Origin: an uncultured bacterium | GTDB lineage: Bacteria; Chloroflexota; Anaerolineae; B4-G1 | NCBI GenBank assembly: GCA_965612745.1 | Contig: CBFDTD010000003.1 | Location: 1,816-65,815 of the forward strand | DNA length: 64,000 bases | Direction: 5' to 3' | In this document: positions 56,402-64,000 of the stretch, in pieces | Numbering within the stretch: position 1 is the stretch's first letter | Layout: each line of letters starts with the position of its first letter | Translations under genes and position numbers: made by a program | Notes under the pieces: generated by a model | What the model was told of the DNA's origin: nothing | Seen by the model: the letters and a program-made list of their open reading frames with translations, nothing else | Databases searched by the model: none

Positions 56402-57046
56402 ATGAGTTACGTCACTAAACTACTGGCACGCGATGAACGCATCATACGAATTACCCGCGACCATTGGATCACGTTGCTGCCCACGATCCTGGTTGACGTT
56501 GCGGTCAGCATCGTCATCATCGGGCTTTCGGTACTGGGGATCATATTCTCCCCACCTTGGACGTGGTTCGGACTCCTCCTGTTGCTTGTGCCCATCGGGC
56601 ACCTGGCACTCTGCGTCTGGGCATGGTGGAATAATCAGTATATCGTCACCAATCGGCGCATCATTCAGGTCACAGGAACGTTCAACACACGAGTATCCGA
56701 CACCTTGTTGGAAAAAGTCAACGACATTGTGATGGAGCAGTCAGCGCTGGGCCGCTTGCTCAAGTTCGGCGACATCGAAATCATTACCGGCTCCGAAAGT
56801 GGCATTGATGTCTTCCACCGCATTGCCGATCCTATTGAATTCAAAAAGGCGCTGCTTGATCAGAAGGGAGCGCTCACGGGATTGGGCGTTTCTAAGGAGC
56901 GGGCGGAGCGCGTTCTGAGCAATGAAGCGCCCGGCGCTGGCGATATTACCGAACTGATCGCCGAACTGGATGAGTTGCGTCAGAAGGGTGTAATTACCGA
57001 GGCGGAGTTCGAGGAAAAGAAACAGCAATTGCTGGCCAAGATTTAA
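56402..57046 (+). CDS. Membrane bPH (DUF304) domain protein with C-terminal SHOCT domain
   Basis: Two TM helices, then IVTNRRIIQVTGTFNTRVSDTLLEKVNDI (bacterial PH). C-terminal LDELRQKGVITEAEFEEKKQQLL (SHOCT). Confidence 0.6.
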   Translation: MSYVTKLLARDERIIRITRDHWITLLPTILVDVAVSIVIIGLSVLGIIFSPPWTWFGLLLLLVPIGHLALCVWAWWNNQYIVTNRRIIQVTGTFNTRVSDTLLEKVNDIVMEQSALGRLLKFGDIEIITGSESGIDVFHRIADPIEFKKALLDQKGALTGLGVSKERAERVLSNEAPGAGDITELIAELDELRQKGVITEAEFEEKKQQLLAKI

Positions 57047-57066
57047 GACCGCAGGAGGAGACACTC

Positions 57067-57909
57067 ATGCCTGAGTTTTTCTCACGGTCACACTTCGAGG
57101 CTGCTGTTGCGATGATTCGAGGGGAGACCCAACTTCAACCAAGGATCGGTCTTATTCTTGGCTCTGGCCTCAATCCGCTGGCCGACGCTGTCGAGGATGA
57201 CGTTGCGATCCCTTACAGCGCAATCCCGCATTTCCCTATCGTGACTGTGGAAGGGCACGTCGGCCGGCTAATCGTCGGATGGCTGGAAGGGCAGGCCGTG
57301 GTGGTGATGCAGGGACGAGCGCACTACTACGAGGGCTATTCGATGGCCGAGGTCACCTTCCCTGTGCGGGTGATGCAGGTTCTGGGGATCGAGATCCTAA
57401 TCGTCACCAACGCAGCCGGCGGCCTCAACCCGGAGTTCCACGCGGGAGACGTGATGCTCATCACCGACCATATCAACCTGATAGGGATGGGCGGGCTGAA
57501 TCCACTGCGTGGGCCCAACCTCGCTGAGTTCGGACCGCGCTTCCCCGATATGTCGGAAGCGTATGATGCTCAATTGCGGACGCTTGCCAAACAGATAGCG
57601 GTCGGAGCGAATGTGCCCCTGCGAGAAGGAGTATACGTCTGCCTGGCCGGGCCCAGTTTTGAGACGCCAGCCGATTTGCGGTTCCTGCGCTTGATCGGGG
57701 CGGATGCTGTGGGTATGTCCACCGTTCCCGAGGTCATCGTTGCCCGACACGGCGGCACGCGGGTGCTGGGCCTTTCTGGCATCAGCAACGTTCCGCCGGT
57801 CGAAGCCATACCATCAGTGGAGACGACGCACGAGGAAGTGCTGGAAGCCGGTCGGATGCTGATACCACGGCTGGGAACCATCATTCGCGGGGTGTTGAAG
57901 GCACTATGA
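57067..57909 (+). CDS. Purine nucleoside phosphorylase (PNP/MTAP family I)
   Basis: IGLILGSGLN...TVEGHVGRL...VTNAAGGLNPEF...GMSTVPE motifs. Confidence 0.8.
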   Translation: MPEFFSRSHFEAAVAMIRGETQLQPRIGLILGSGLNPLADAVEDDVAIPYSAIPHFPIVTVEGHVGRLIVGWLEGQAVVVMQGRAHYYEGYSMAEVTFPVRVMQVLGIEILIVTNAAGGLNPEFHAGDVMLITDHINLIGMGGLNPLRGPNLAEFGPRFPDMSEAYDAQLRTLAKQIAVGANVPLREGVYVCLAGPSFETPADLRFLRLIGADAVGMSTVPEVIVARHGGTRVLGLSGISNVPPVEAIPSVETTHEEVLEAGRMLIPRLGTIIRGVLKAL

Positions 57910-58775
57910 CAATTCTTCTCCAATGGCTGGTCGAGCACGCATGGATCTTCTACGCTGCGTGCGCCATCGGCGTCATCGTCTATGTGGTACGTGCGTTTGC
58001 CGCTCAGCGGGAACGGAACCTGGCTATGTTCACGCTTGAACGGGATACGGCCACCGCGAGGGTCATACAAGCCTGGGCGATGGTTCTGATCTTCGTCGCC
58101 ATCGGGACAGCCCTCTTCGTCAGTGCCACTTTTATTCTACCCAGCCTGCCCATCTATGGCCAGGGAACCCCGCTTCCAACGTCCACGCCGGCGGCTGGTG
58201 TGGAACCTCCCACTCCCAGCGTCACACCCACTCCTAGTCCCACGCCCAAACCTCTGATGCCCACTTTCACCCCGCTGACCACGACCGTCCCGGTTCCCCC
58301 ACCTCCCCAGCCGGAGCCGACCGAGACCCCCACTCCAGAACCGACCGAGACGCCGGGAGGGGCCGTCTCGGGCGAGCTATACGTCCGCTTCGGCGACTTT
58401 GCGGCACTGGTCGGCTATAGCCTCCCGGCCGCCGAGGTCACCACAGCACAACCCCTGCCGCTCACTCTCTACTGGCGGGCGTTGGAGGGGACCAGCCCGG
58501 CGAACTACCTGGTATTCACCCATCTTTATGCGGAGGATGGCCGTCTTATTGCGCAGCACGACGGTGCTCCGGTGGACGGCACTCGCCCCACAACCGGCTG
58601 GACCCCCGGTGAGACTATCGTGGACCTCCACCCGATGGCTTTCTACGATACTGCCTACAACGGGCCGGCGACGATCTGGGTCGGCTTGTACGATCCGGGC
58701 ACTGGGCGCGTCTTGACCGAGACAGGTAGCGATCACGCCGTCCTGCCCGTAGTGCTCAGCATCACCTCTCCATAG
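57906..58775 (+). CDS. Membrane-anchored protein with Pro/Thr-rich linker and a C-terminal ~130-aa domain homologous to the C-terminus of the GT39-like protein
   Basis: LTLYWRALEG...LIAQHDGAPVDG...GETIVDLHP...WVGLYDPGTGRV aligns with LYWQATQP...LVAQHDGIPALW...GETVVDFHQ...VGLYTEDAGRV of the 25043-27094 protein. Confidence 0.6.
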   Translation: MTILLQWLVEHAWIFYAACAIGVIVYVVRAFAAQRERNLAMFTLERDTATARVIQAWAMVLIFVAIGTALFVSATFILPSLPIYGQGTPLPTSTPAAGVEPPTPSVTPTPSPTPKPLMPTFTPLTTTVPVPPPPQPEPTETPTPEPTETPGGAVSGELYVRFGDFAALVGYSLPAAEVTTAQPLPLTLYWRALEGTSPANYLVFTHLYAEDGRLIAQHDGAPVDGTRPTTGWTPGETIVDLHPMAFYDTAYNGPATIWVGLYDPGTGRVLTETGSDHAVLPVVLSITSP

Positions 58776-58810
58776 TTGACCAAGCGGTGGAGGAATAGAG
58801 CGGATGTCTC

Positions 58811-58866
58811 GCTTCAGTGGGGGAATTTCCGGCTGAAGCCGGACGTCCCATGGATTAGCCACATCC
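58811..58866 (-). repeat. Truncated MITE-A copy (right half only)
   Basis: GCTTCAGTGGGGGAATTTCCGGCTGAAGCCGGACGTCCCATGGATTAGCCACATCC. Confidence 0.6.
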
Positions 58867-58870
58867 AAGA

Positions 58871-58903
58871 AAAAAAGCACGCTTGAAAGCGTGCTTTTTT
58901 TAT
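58871..58903. terminator. Bidirectional rho-independent terminator (A-run, GC hairpin, T-run)
   Basis: AAAAAAAGCACGCTT-GAA-AGCGTGCTTTTTTT lies between convergent genes. Confidence 0.7.
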
Positions 58904-58915
58904 CTCCGATTGATC

Positions 58916-59911
58916 CTACCACCACGGCAGAAAGAAAGTCTGCGTCGTGGCCGTCAGATTGCCGTACGTCACCGTCACATCAATCACCACTTTCCGACCT
59001 GGTGAGGACATAGCGATGTCAAAACTACGCCGCGTGAAGCCGCTGGCGTTGGTAGGCTCGAACTCATAGCGTTGATCGCCCGATTGATAATGGACTGTCA
59101 TCCTGACGGCTGCCCCTTGAACGGGCTGATGCTGCTGGTCAGTTACATACACAAAGACCGTCTGGATCCCCTGCCGTCCAGTGATGACATACCGCACCGA
59201 AGCGCTGACGTACAATGCTGTGGCTGTGGACTCCTGCGCCACCGCGTAAGGAGCGCCTGATCTGGGAGGCGGGAGTGGCTTGTCATAATCCCCAGGAAGG
59301 CCAAAGCGCTCGATGTAGATTTCTCCCAGATTGGTCAGACGCATCTGTGGACCTGAGATGACCTCAGGATGCCACTCCATCCGTGCCCGTTGGAAGTACT
59401 GTACGATGTACCCATTTTCATACATGAATTCGGAGCGGGGGTAGCCGAAGATGTCCAGACCTCCCTTCTCACGGAAGTAGTTGAGGAAGGCATAGGATAC
59501 GACATGGTTGGTTTCAGGGAAGTAGTGGTGAAGGCTGCTGTTGAAGGCAGGGATCTGTTCTGGACGGGCTGGAGGGAAGCGATAACCCAGTTCGTCAACC
59601 AGGAGCCCTAATTGTACTTTGTAGGGTTCCGGGTTATGAGGGTGCCACTCCATTCGGGCACGCTGGAAGTACTGGACTAATAACCCGTGTATGGGGTCGT
59701 CAAAGGCTTCTGTGAGAGGATAGCCGAATATCTCAAGCCCTCCCCGTGTCTCATAGAACTTGAGGAATTCATCACAGACGTAATGGCCCGTCTCGACAAA
59801 ATAACGGCAGTTCCCGGTTGGGGCTTGTGGATAGGTGGCAGATACGCTGCTAAGAAGCACAGCAGCCATTATAACCGGTATTAGGAGAGATCGTGCGCTC
59901 CTCATTGCCAC
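58916..59911 (-). CDS. Secreted protein with two ~75-aa tandem repeats (LGFP-like)
   Basis: Signal peptide. Repeats GGLEIFGYPLTEAFDD...VQYFQRARMEWHP and GGLDIFGYPRSEFMYENGYIVQYFQRARMEWHP. Confidence 0.55.
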   Translation of the reverse strand: MAMRSARSLLIPVIMAAVLLSSVSATYPQAPTGNCRYFVETGHYVCDEFLKFYETRGGLEIFGYPLTEAFDDPIHGLLVQYFQRARMEWHPHNPEPYKVQLGLLVDELGYRFPPARPEQIPAFNSSLHHYFPETNHVVSYAFLNYFREKGGLDIFGYPRSEFMYENGYIVQYFQRARMEWHPEVISGPQMRLTNLGEIYIERFGLPGDYDKPLPPPRSGAPYAVAQESTATALYVSASVRYVITGRQGIQTVFVYVTDQQHQPVQGAAVRMTVHYQSGDQRYEFEPTNASGFTRRSFDIAMSSPGRKVVIDVTVTYGNLTATTQTFFLPWW

Positions 59912-59933
59912 ATGCCCACCAGATATTGATACG

Positions 59934-60032
59934 AGCCTGGCTAAAATTCGTGGGGAGAAAAGACCGGAGGCCCCGCTTCAGCGGGGATTTTCCGGCTGAA
60001 GCCGGACGTCCCACTGATTTTAGCCACATCCT
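59934..60032 (-). mobile_element. MITE-A full copy (inverted), TSD TATTGATAC
   Basis: Perfect 9-bp direct repeat at 59925-59933 and 60033-60041. Confidence 0.8.
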
Positions 60033-60061
60033 ATTGATACCCGCACTAACAATATTAACCG

Positions 60062-60178
60062 GATCTGGGATTTCCCGTGGCCAGGATTCGGATGCCCCAA
60101 CTCGTTAGGGTTGCCTGCCGGCAAACCCGAACAAGTTCGGGCCTCCGGTGCGCCCACCACGGCAATTCCCAGAGAGCC
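60062..60178 (-). repeat. Type-B repeat (inverted copy)
   Basis: Reverse complement is about 93 percent identical to 17641-17757. Confidence 0.7.
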
Positions 60179-60277
60179 TATTAACTCTGTCTTTTTATTC
60201 TACACCACATTTACCAGATAAGCAATAGGCTAATGGTACCATGGTACCATAGTACTGTTGAGCAAAGTGATTCCCTT

Positions 60278-61786
60278 TCAATCTTTGGCTCGCAATTGTG
60301 GGAAGAGGATGACTTCACGAATAGTCGGCCTATCTGTAAGAAGCATCACCAGCCGATCTACGCCTAATCCGAAGCCACCGTTGGGCGGCATGCCGTATTT
60401 CATCGCCCGCAGGTAGTCCTCGTCCATCGGGTGAGCCTCTTCATCGTCGGGCGCGTAGAGTCGCTTCATCTCCAGAAATCTCTGCTCTTGGTCAAGGGGG
60501 TCATTCAGTTCAGTGAAGGCGTTGCCCATCTCCAGCCCCCCGATGAAGTACTCGAAACGCTCGACGTGCGTCGGGTCGTCGGGCTTGGTTTTGGCCAAGG
60601 GGGAGATGTCGCGGGGGTAATCCATCACGAAGGTCGGCTGAATCAATGTCGGCTCTACCGTTCCCAGGAGCCCCTTATCAATCAGATAGCCCCAGGTCGC
60701 ACCTGGTTTAACCGGGAGTCCTTTAACCTGCATCGCAGCAGCCAGTTCCTCGGCGGTGGGGTACTGCAAGTAATCAATGCCCGTCACTTCGAGGGCAACG
60801 TCGCGCAGCGTGACCCGCCGCCAGGGAGGACGGAGGTCAATCTCGTGGCCCTGGTAGTGGATCACCGGGCTGCCCAGCACCTCCTCGGCGACGTAAGCGA
60901 TCATCTGCTCACAGAATGCCATCACGTCGTGGTAGTCCCAGTAAGCAGCGTAGAACTCCAGTTGGGTGAACTCTGGATTGTGCTTGTGTGAGACGCCCTC
61001 GTTGCGAAAGTCGTGCCCGATTTCGTAAACCCGGTCGTACATTCCCACCAGCAGCCGCTTGAGGTAGAGTTCGTCCGAGATGCGTAGGTACAATTCGCGG
61101 TGTAGCTGGTGGTGATAAGTGACGAAGGGGCGGGCCGCTGCGCCCCCATAGATTGGCTGAAGGATCGGGGTTTCGACCTCCAGAAAGCCGTGTTCGTCGA
61201 GAAAGCGACGTAGAGCCTTGATTGCGCTGGCACGCACGCGAAAGACCTGGCGTACATCGGGATTGCAGGCCAGGTCGGCGTACCGCTGGCGATACCGCTC
61301 TTCGATGTCAGAGAAGACGGTGTAGCGCACTCTTTTGCCATCCATCTCCTTCTCTTTGATCACTGGTAGCGGGCTGATCGCCTTAGCCAGCATGCGCACC
61401 TGTTCCACGCGGACACTGATCTCGCCAGTACGGGTGCGCATCAACGAACCCTCTGCGCCAACGAAGTCGCCCAGGTCGAAATCGCGCTTGAATATCTCGT
61501 AGGCTTCCTCTCCTACGTCGTTGATGCGCAGGAAGAGTTGAATGGAACCGCTCCCGTCTTCGATGTGTGCGAAGGTGACTTTTCCCATCACGCGCATACT
61601 GCGCAGACGTCCCGTCACGGCGACCCGAGGGCCTTCCTTGCCTGCAGCCTCAGCCGTCTCAAAAGCAGCGATTGCCTCGGCTATGGTGTGGGTGCGCTTG
61701 ACGCGGTGGGGATAAGGTTCGATCCCCCGGGCTCGCAGTCGCTGCAGTTTCTCCAAACGCTGTCGCTCCAGTTCCGTAAGTTCCAT
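60278..61786 (-). CDS. lysS: Lysine--tRNA ligase (class II)
   Basis: Start at MELTELERQRLEKL (RBS GGAGGCAC). OB-fold anticodon-binding N-domain. Class II motifs (FRNEG, GGLEMGNAFTELND, GFGLGVDR). Confidence 0.9.
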   Translation of the reverse strand: MELTELERQRLEKLQRLRARGIEPYPHRVKRTHTIAEAIAAFETAEAAGKEGPRVAVTGRLRSMRVMGKVTFAHIEDGSGSIQLFLRINDVGEEAYEIFKRDFDLGDFVGAEGSLMRTRTGEISVRVEQVRMLAKAISPLPVIKEKEMDGKRVRYTVFSDIEERYRQRYADLACNPDVRQVFRVRASAIKALRRFLDEHGFLEVETPILQPIYGGAAARPFVTYHHQLHRELYLRISDELYLKRLLVGMYDRVYEIGHDFRNEGVSHKHNPEFTQLEFYAAYWDYHDVMAFCEQMIAYVAEEVLGSPVIHYQGHEIDLRPPWRRVTLRDVALEVTGIDYLQYPTAEELAAAMQVKGLPVKPGATWGYLIDKGLLGTVEPTLIQPTFVMDYPRDISPLAKTKPDDPTHVERFEYFIGGLEMGNAFTELNDPLDQEQRFLEMKRLYAPDDEEAHPMDEDYLRAMKYGMPPNGGFGLGVDRLVMLLTDRPTIREVILFPQLRAKD

Positions 61787-61885
61787 AGTGCCTCCTGCAT
61801 CCGCTATGTATCCATTACAAAAACGCCCACGCTGACCACCTCGCGGGGTTCTGCGTGGGCGCTTCATACCTCACGATTCGTAGGT

Positions 61886-62359
61886 CTACTGAATCCCCAC
61901 GATTTTGAACACCAACACGCCGTCGGGGGCGTTGACCACAGCCCTTTCCCCCACTTTGCGTCCCATCAGTGCCCGACCCAGGGGGGATTCGTTGGAAATT
62001 AGACCTTTGGAGGGATCGGCCTCGGCCGATCCTACGATGTGGTAGGTCTCCGGTGGCCCGTCCCCTTCTTCCACAACAGTGACACGACTGCCCAATCCTG
62101 CGGCTTCACGGGGCCCCTCTCCTTCCTCGATGATGACTGCGTTGCGCAGCATCCTCTCCAGCATCAGGATGCGTCCTTCCACGAAGGCTTGTTCGTTGCG
62201 TGCATCCTCTAACTCGGCGTTCTCCAGGAGGTCTCCCTCTGCTAGTGCCTGGTGGAGGCGCCTGGCGACCTCCTGACGCCGGACCGTGCGCAGGTAGTTC
62301 AGTTCTTGCTCCAGTTTTCGGTACCCTTCGCGGGTTAAGAACGTCGGCTGCTCATCCAT
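61886..62359 (-). CDS. greA: Transcription elongation factor GreA
   Basis: 157 aa. N-terminal coiled coil with acidic tip, C-terminal FKBP-like domain (VVNAPDGVLVFKIVGI). Confidence 0.85.
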   Translation of the reverse strand: MDEQPTFLTREGYRKLEQELNYLRTVRRQEVARRLHQALAEGDLLENAELEDARNEQAFVEGRILMLERMLRNAVIIEEGEGPREAAGLGSRVTVVEEGDGPPETYHIVGSAEADPSKGLISNESPLGRALMGRKVGERAVVNAPDGVLVFKIVGIQ

Positions 62360-62546
62360 TATGTTCCTTGCAAATATCCCACAGCATAGCAGGGTTCACT
62401 GCGGATTCAGAGGCCCTTTCGTAATCCCCTGCCCGGCGATTGAAGTCGCCGGCTACGCGCAGCCAAGTCGGCCTGCGCCGACTTCATAACCGACGCAGGT
62501 CGGTTGCGCAGCACGCGGTTTCAACCACCGTGCCTCCTTTTGATAT

Positions 62547-62645
62547 GAGTCTGGCTAAAATTCGTGGGGAGAAAAGGCCGGAGGCCCCGCTTCAGCGGGG
62601 ATTGTCCGGCCGGAGCCGGACGTCCCACTGATTTTAGCCACACCC
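62547..62645 (-). mobile_element. MITE-A full copy (inverted), TSD TTTTGATAT / TTTTGATGT
   Basis: 9-bp flanking repeats at 62538-62546 and 62646-62654 (8/9). Confidence 0.75.
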
Positions 62646-62757
62646 TTTTGATGTGCACATACGAGTTATGAAAGGCTCACTAGATAAGAAAAACTGAGAG
62701 GGGCAGGCTCTCAGTTCTGGAAGCAAGGCATGTGAATTATAATGCAAAGTGGTCAAT

Positions 62758-62786
62758 TTGTAAAGTCATACGGCCTGTGTTATAAT
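62758..62786 (+). promoter_or_regulatory. Candidate sigma70 promoter TTGTAA-N17-TATAAT upstream of serS
   Basis: -35 at 62758-62763, -10 at 62781-62786. Followed by the 8-bp stem hairpin GGCCCCCT...AGGGGGCC in the leader. Confidence 0.35.
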
Positions 62787-62855
62787 TTTCATCTGCCTGG
62801 CGGCCCCCTTATCTTGGAGAGGAGGGGGCCTTGAATATACTTGAGCAAGGAGATG

Positions 62856-64000
62856 CCATAGTAATATGCTCGACATCGCACTCATTCGTGAACAACCGGA
62901 ACTGGTCAAGGCTGCGTTGCTGAGCCGGAACGAGGACCCCACCCAGGTGGATACCATCCTGACCTTGGATGCACAGCGGCGTGAACTGCTGAAAGAAGTC
63001 GAAGCGCTCAGGGCCGAGCGCAACCGCGTTTCGAAGGAGATCGGCCGGCTTCAGGACCAGGCCGAGCGGGAGCGGCTTATCGCCGAAATGCGCCAGGTAG
63101 GGACGCGCATCAGGACACTCGAGGCACAGTTGCGCCAGGTCGAACCCGACCTCAGGATGGCAATGCTGGAGATGCCCAATCTGCCGCACGCAAGTGTGCC
63201 TGTCGGCCCTGACGAGACCCACAATGTCGTCGTGCGCGAGTGGGGAGAGATGCGAGAGTTTGACTTTGAACCGATACCTCACTGGGATCTGGGGCCGGAA
63301 CTGGGGATCCTCGATTTCGAACGAGGGGTGAAACTCTCCGGCAGCCGCTTCTACGTCTTGCGCGGGGCTGGAGCGCGCCTGCAGCGGGCGCTCATCGCCT
63401 GGATGCTGGACGTGCATACCAGGGAACACGGCTACACCGAAATCTACCCGCCCTTCGTCGTTAAAGAAGAATGTATGTGGGGCGCGGGGCAACTTCCTAA
63501 GTTCGCCGATAACATTTATCACGACGTCGAGGACGACCTCTGGCTCATCGGTACGGCCGAGATTCCGTTGACCAATCTACATCGGGACGAGATTCTCAAC
63601 GACGACGACCTGCCCCTGCGCTATGTCGCCTATACCGCCTGTTTCCGCCGTGAGAAGATGAGTGCTGGACGAGATGTGCGCGGTATCAAACGTGGGCACC
63701 AGTTCGACAAGGTAGAGATGTATAAATTCACCACCCCGGAGACCAGTTACGACGAATTGGAGGCGATGGTCGAGGATGCGTTGGATATTTGCCGCCGTCT
63801 GGGTATCCCCCATCGGTTGGTACAAATCTGCACTGGCGACTTAGGTTTCACCACGGCCAAAACCTACGACATCGAGATGTGGGCGCCGGGCTGCGGGGAG
63901 TGGCTGGAGGTGAGTAGTCTGAGTAACTGCGAGGCATTCCAGGCGCGGCGGACAAACATCCGCTACCGACCGAAGCGAGGGGCCAGGCCCCGCTTCGTTC
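62856..64000 (+). CDS. serS: Serine--tRNA ligase; partial, runs off the window end
   Basis: Manual translation from ATG 62856: [24 protein letters not shown]..., N-terminal coiled coil, class II motifs (FRREK..., [10 protein letters not shown]). Absent from the ORF track because there is no in-window stop. Confidence 0.85.

Noticed and set aside
62640-62855. T-box leader upstream of serS
   Set aside because: No AANNNGGGTGGNACCGCG T-box sequence or specifier-loop architecture. Only a promoter-like element and one GC hairpin were found.

Overview
64-kb window of a high-GC bacterial chromosome. Gene content (GH57 glucanase, GT39-like membrane glycosyltransferase, PPDK, a Ser/Thr kinase with PQQ propeller, many Pro/Thr-rich linkers) is compatible with a Chloroflexota-like organism; this is inference only. 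Most genes are core housekeeping: pheS/pheT, dnaG-rpoD, ppdK, glmS, scpA, lysS, greA, serS, a PNP, tandem Hsp20s and a 1360-aa GAF sensor kinase. Accessory content is concentrated in a few places. (1) A six-gene minus-strand signalling operon: Ser/Thr kinase, PP2C, DnaJ-vWA, FHA, a small ORF and an OmpR regulator (TerY-P-like). (2) A 2-hydroxyacyl-CoA dehydratase-like operon (hgdC/hgdB/hgdA homologues) that carries an AbiEii/AbiEi pair in reversed order between two of its subunit genes. (3) Two further toxin-antitoxin modules: RelE/ParE with its antitoxin, and a frameshifted PIN/VapC with antitoxin whose insertion is flanked by degenerate direct repeats of the neighbouring gene start. (4) A ~99-bp MITE family with GGCTAAAAT-containing terminal inverted repeats (15-nt arms GGGTGTGGCTAAAAT / GAGTCTGGCTAAAAT) and clear 8-9-bp target-site duplications, present in about 11 full or partial copies. 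(5) A second 152-bp MITE with perfect 15-bp TIRs and an 8-bp TSD, located just upstream of a tRNA-Thr that is followed by an armless tRNA-like minihelix and an HNH endonuclease gene. (6) Non-triplet tandem repeats, a heptamer and an octamer, inside two unrelated coding genes. (7) A small-ORF pair that includes an NHLP/Nif11-like leader-peptide candidate. No CRISPR array, rRNA or intein was seen. All coordinates were derived by eye and should be checked computationally.
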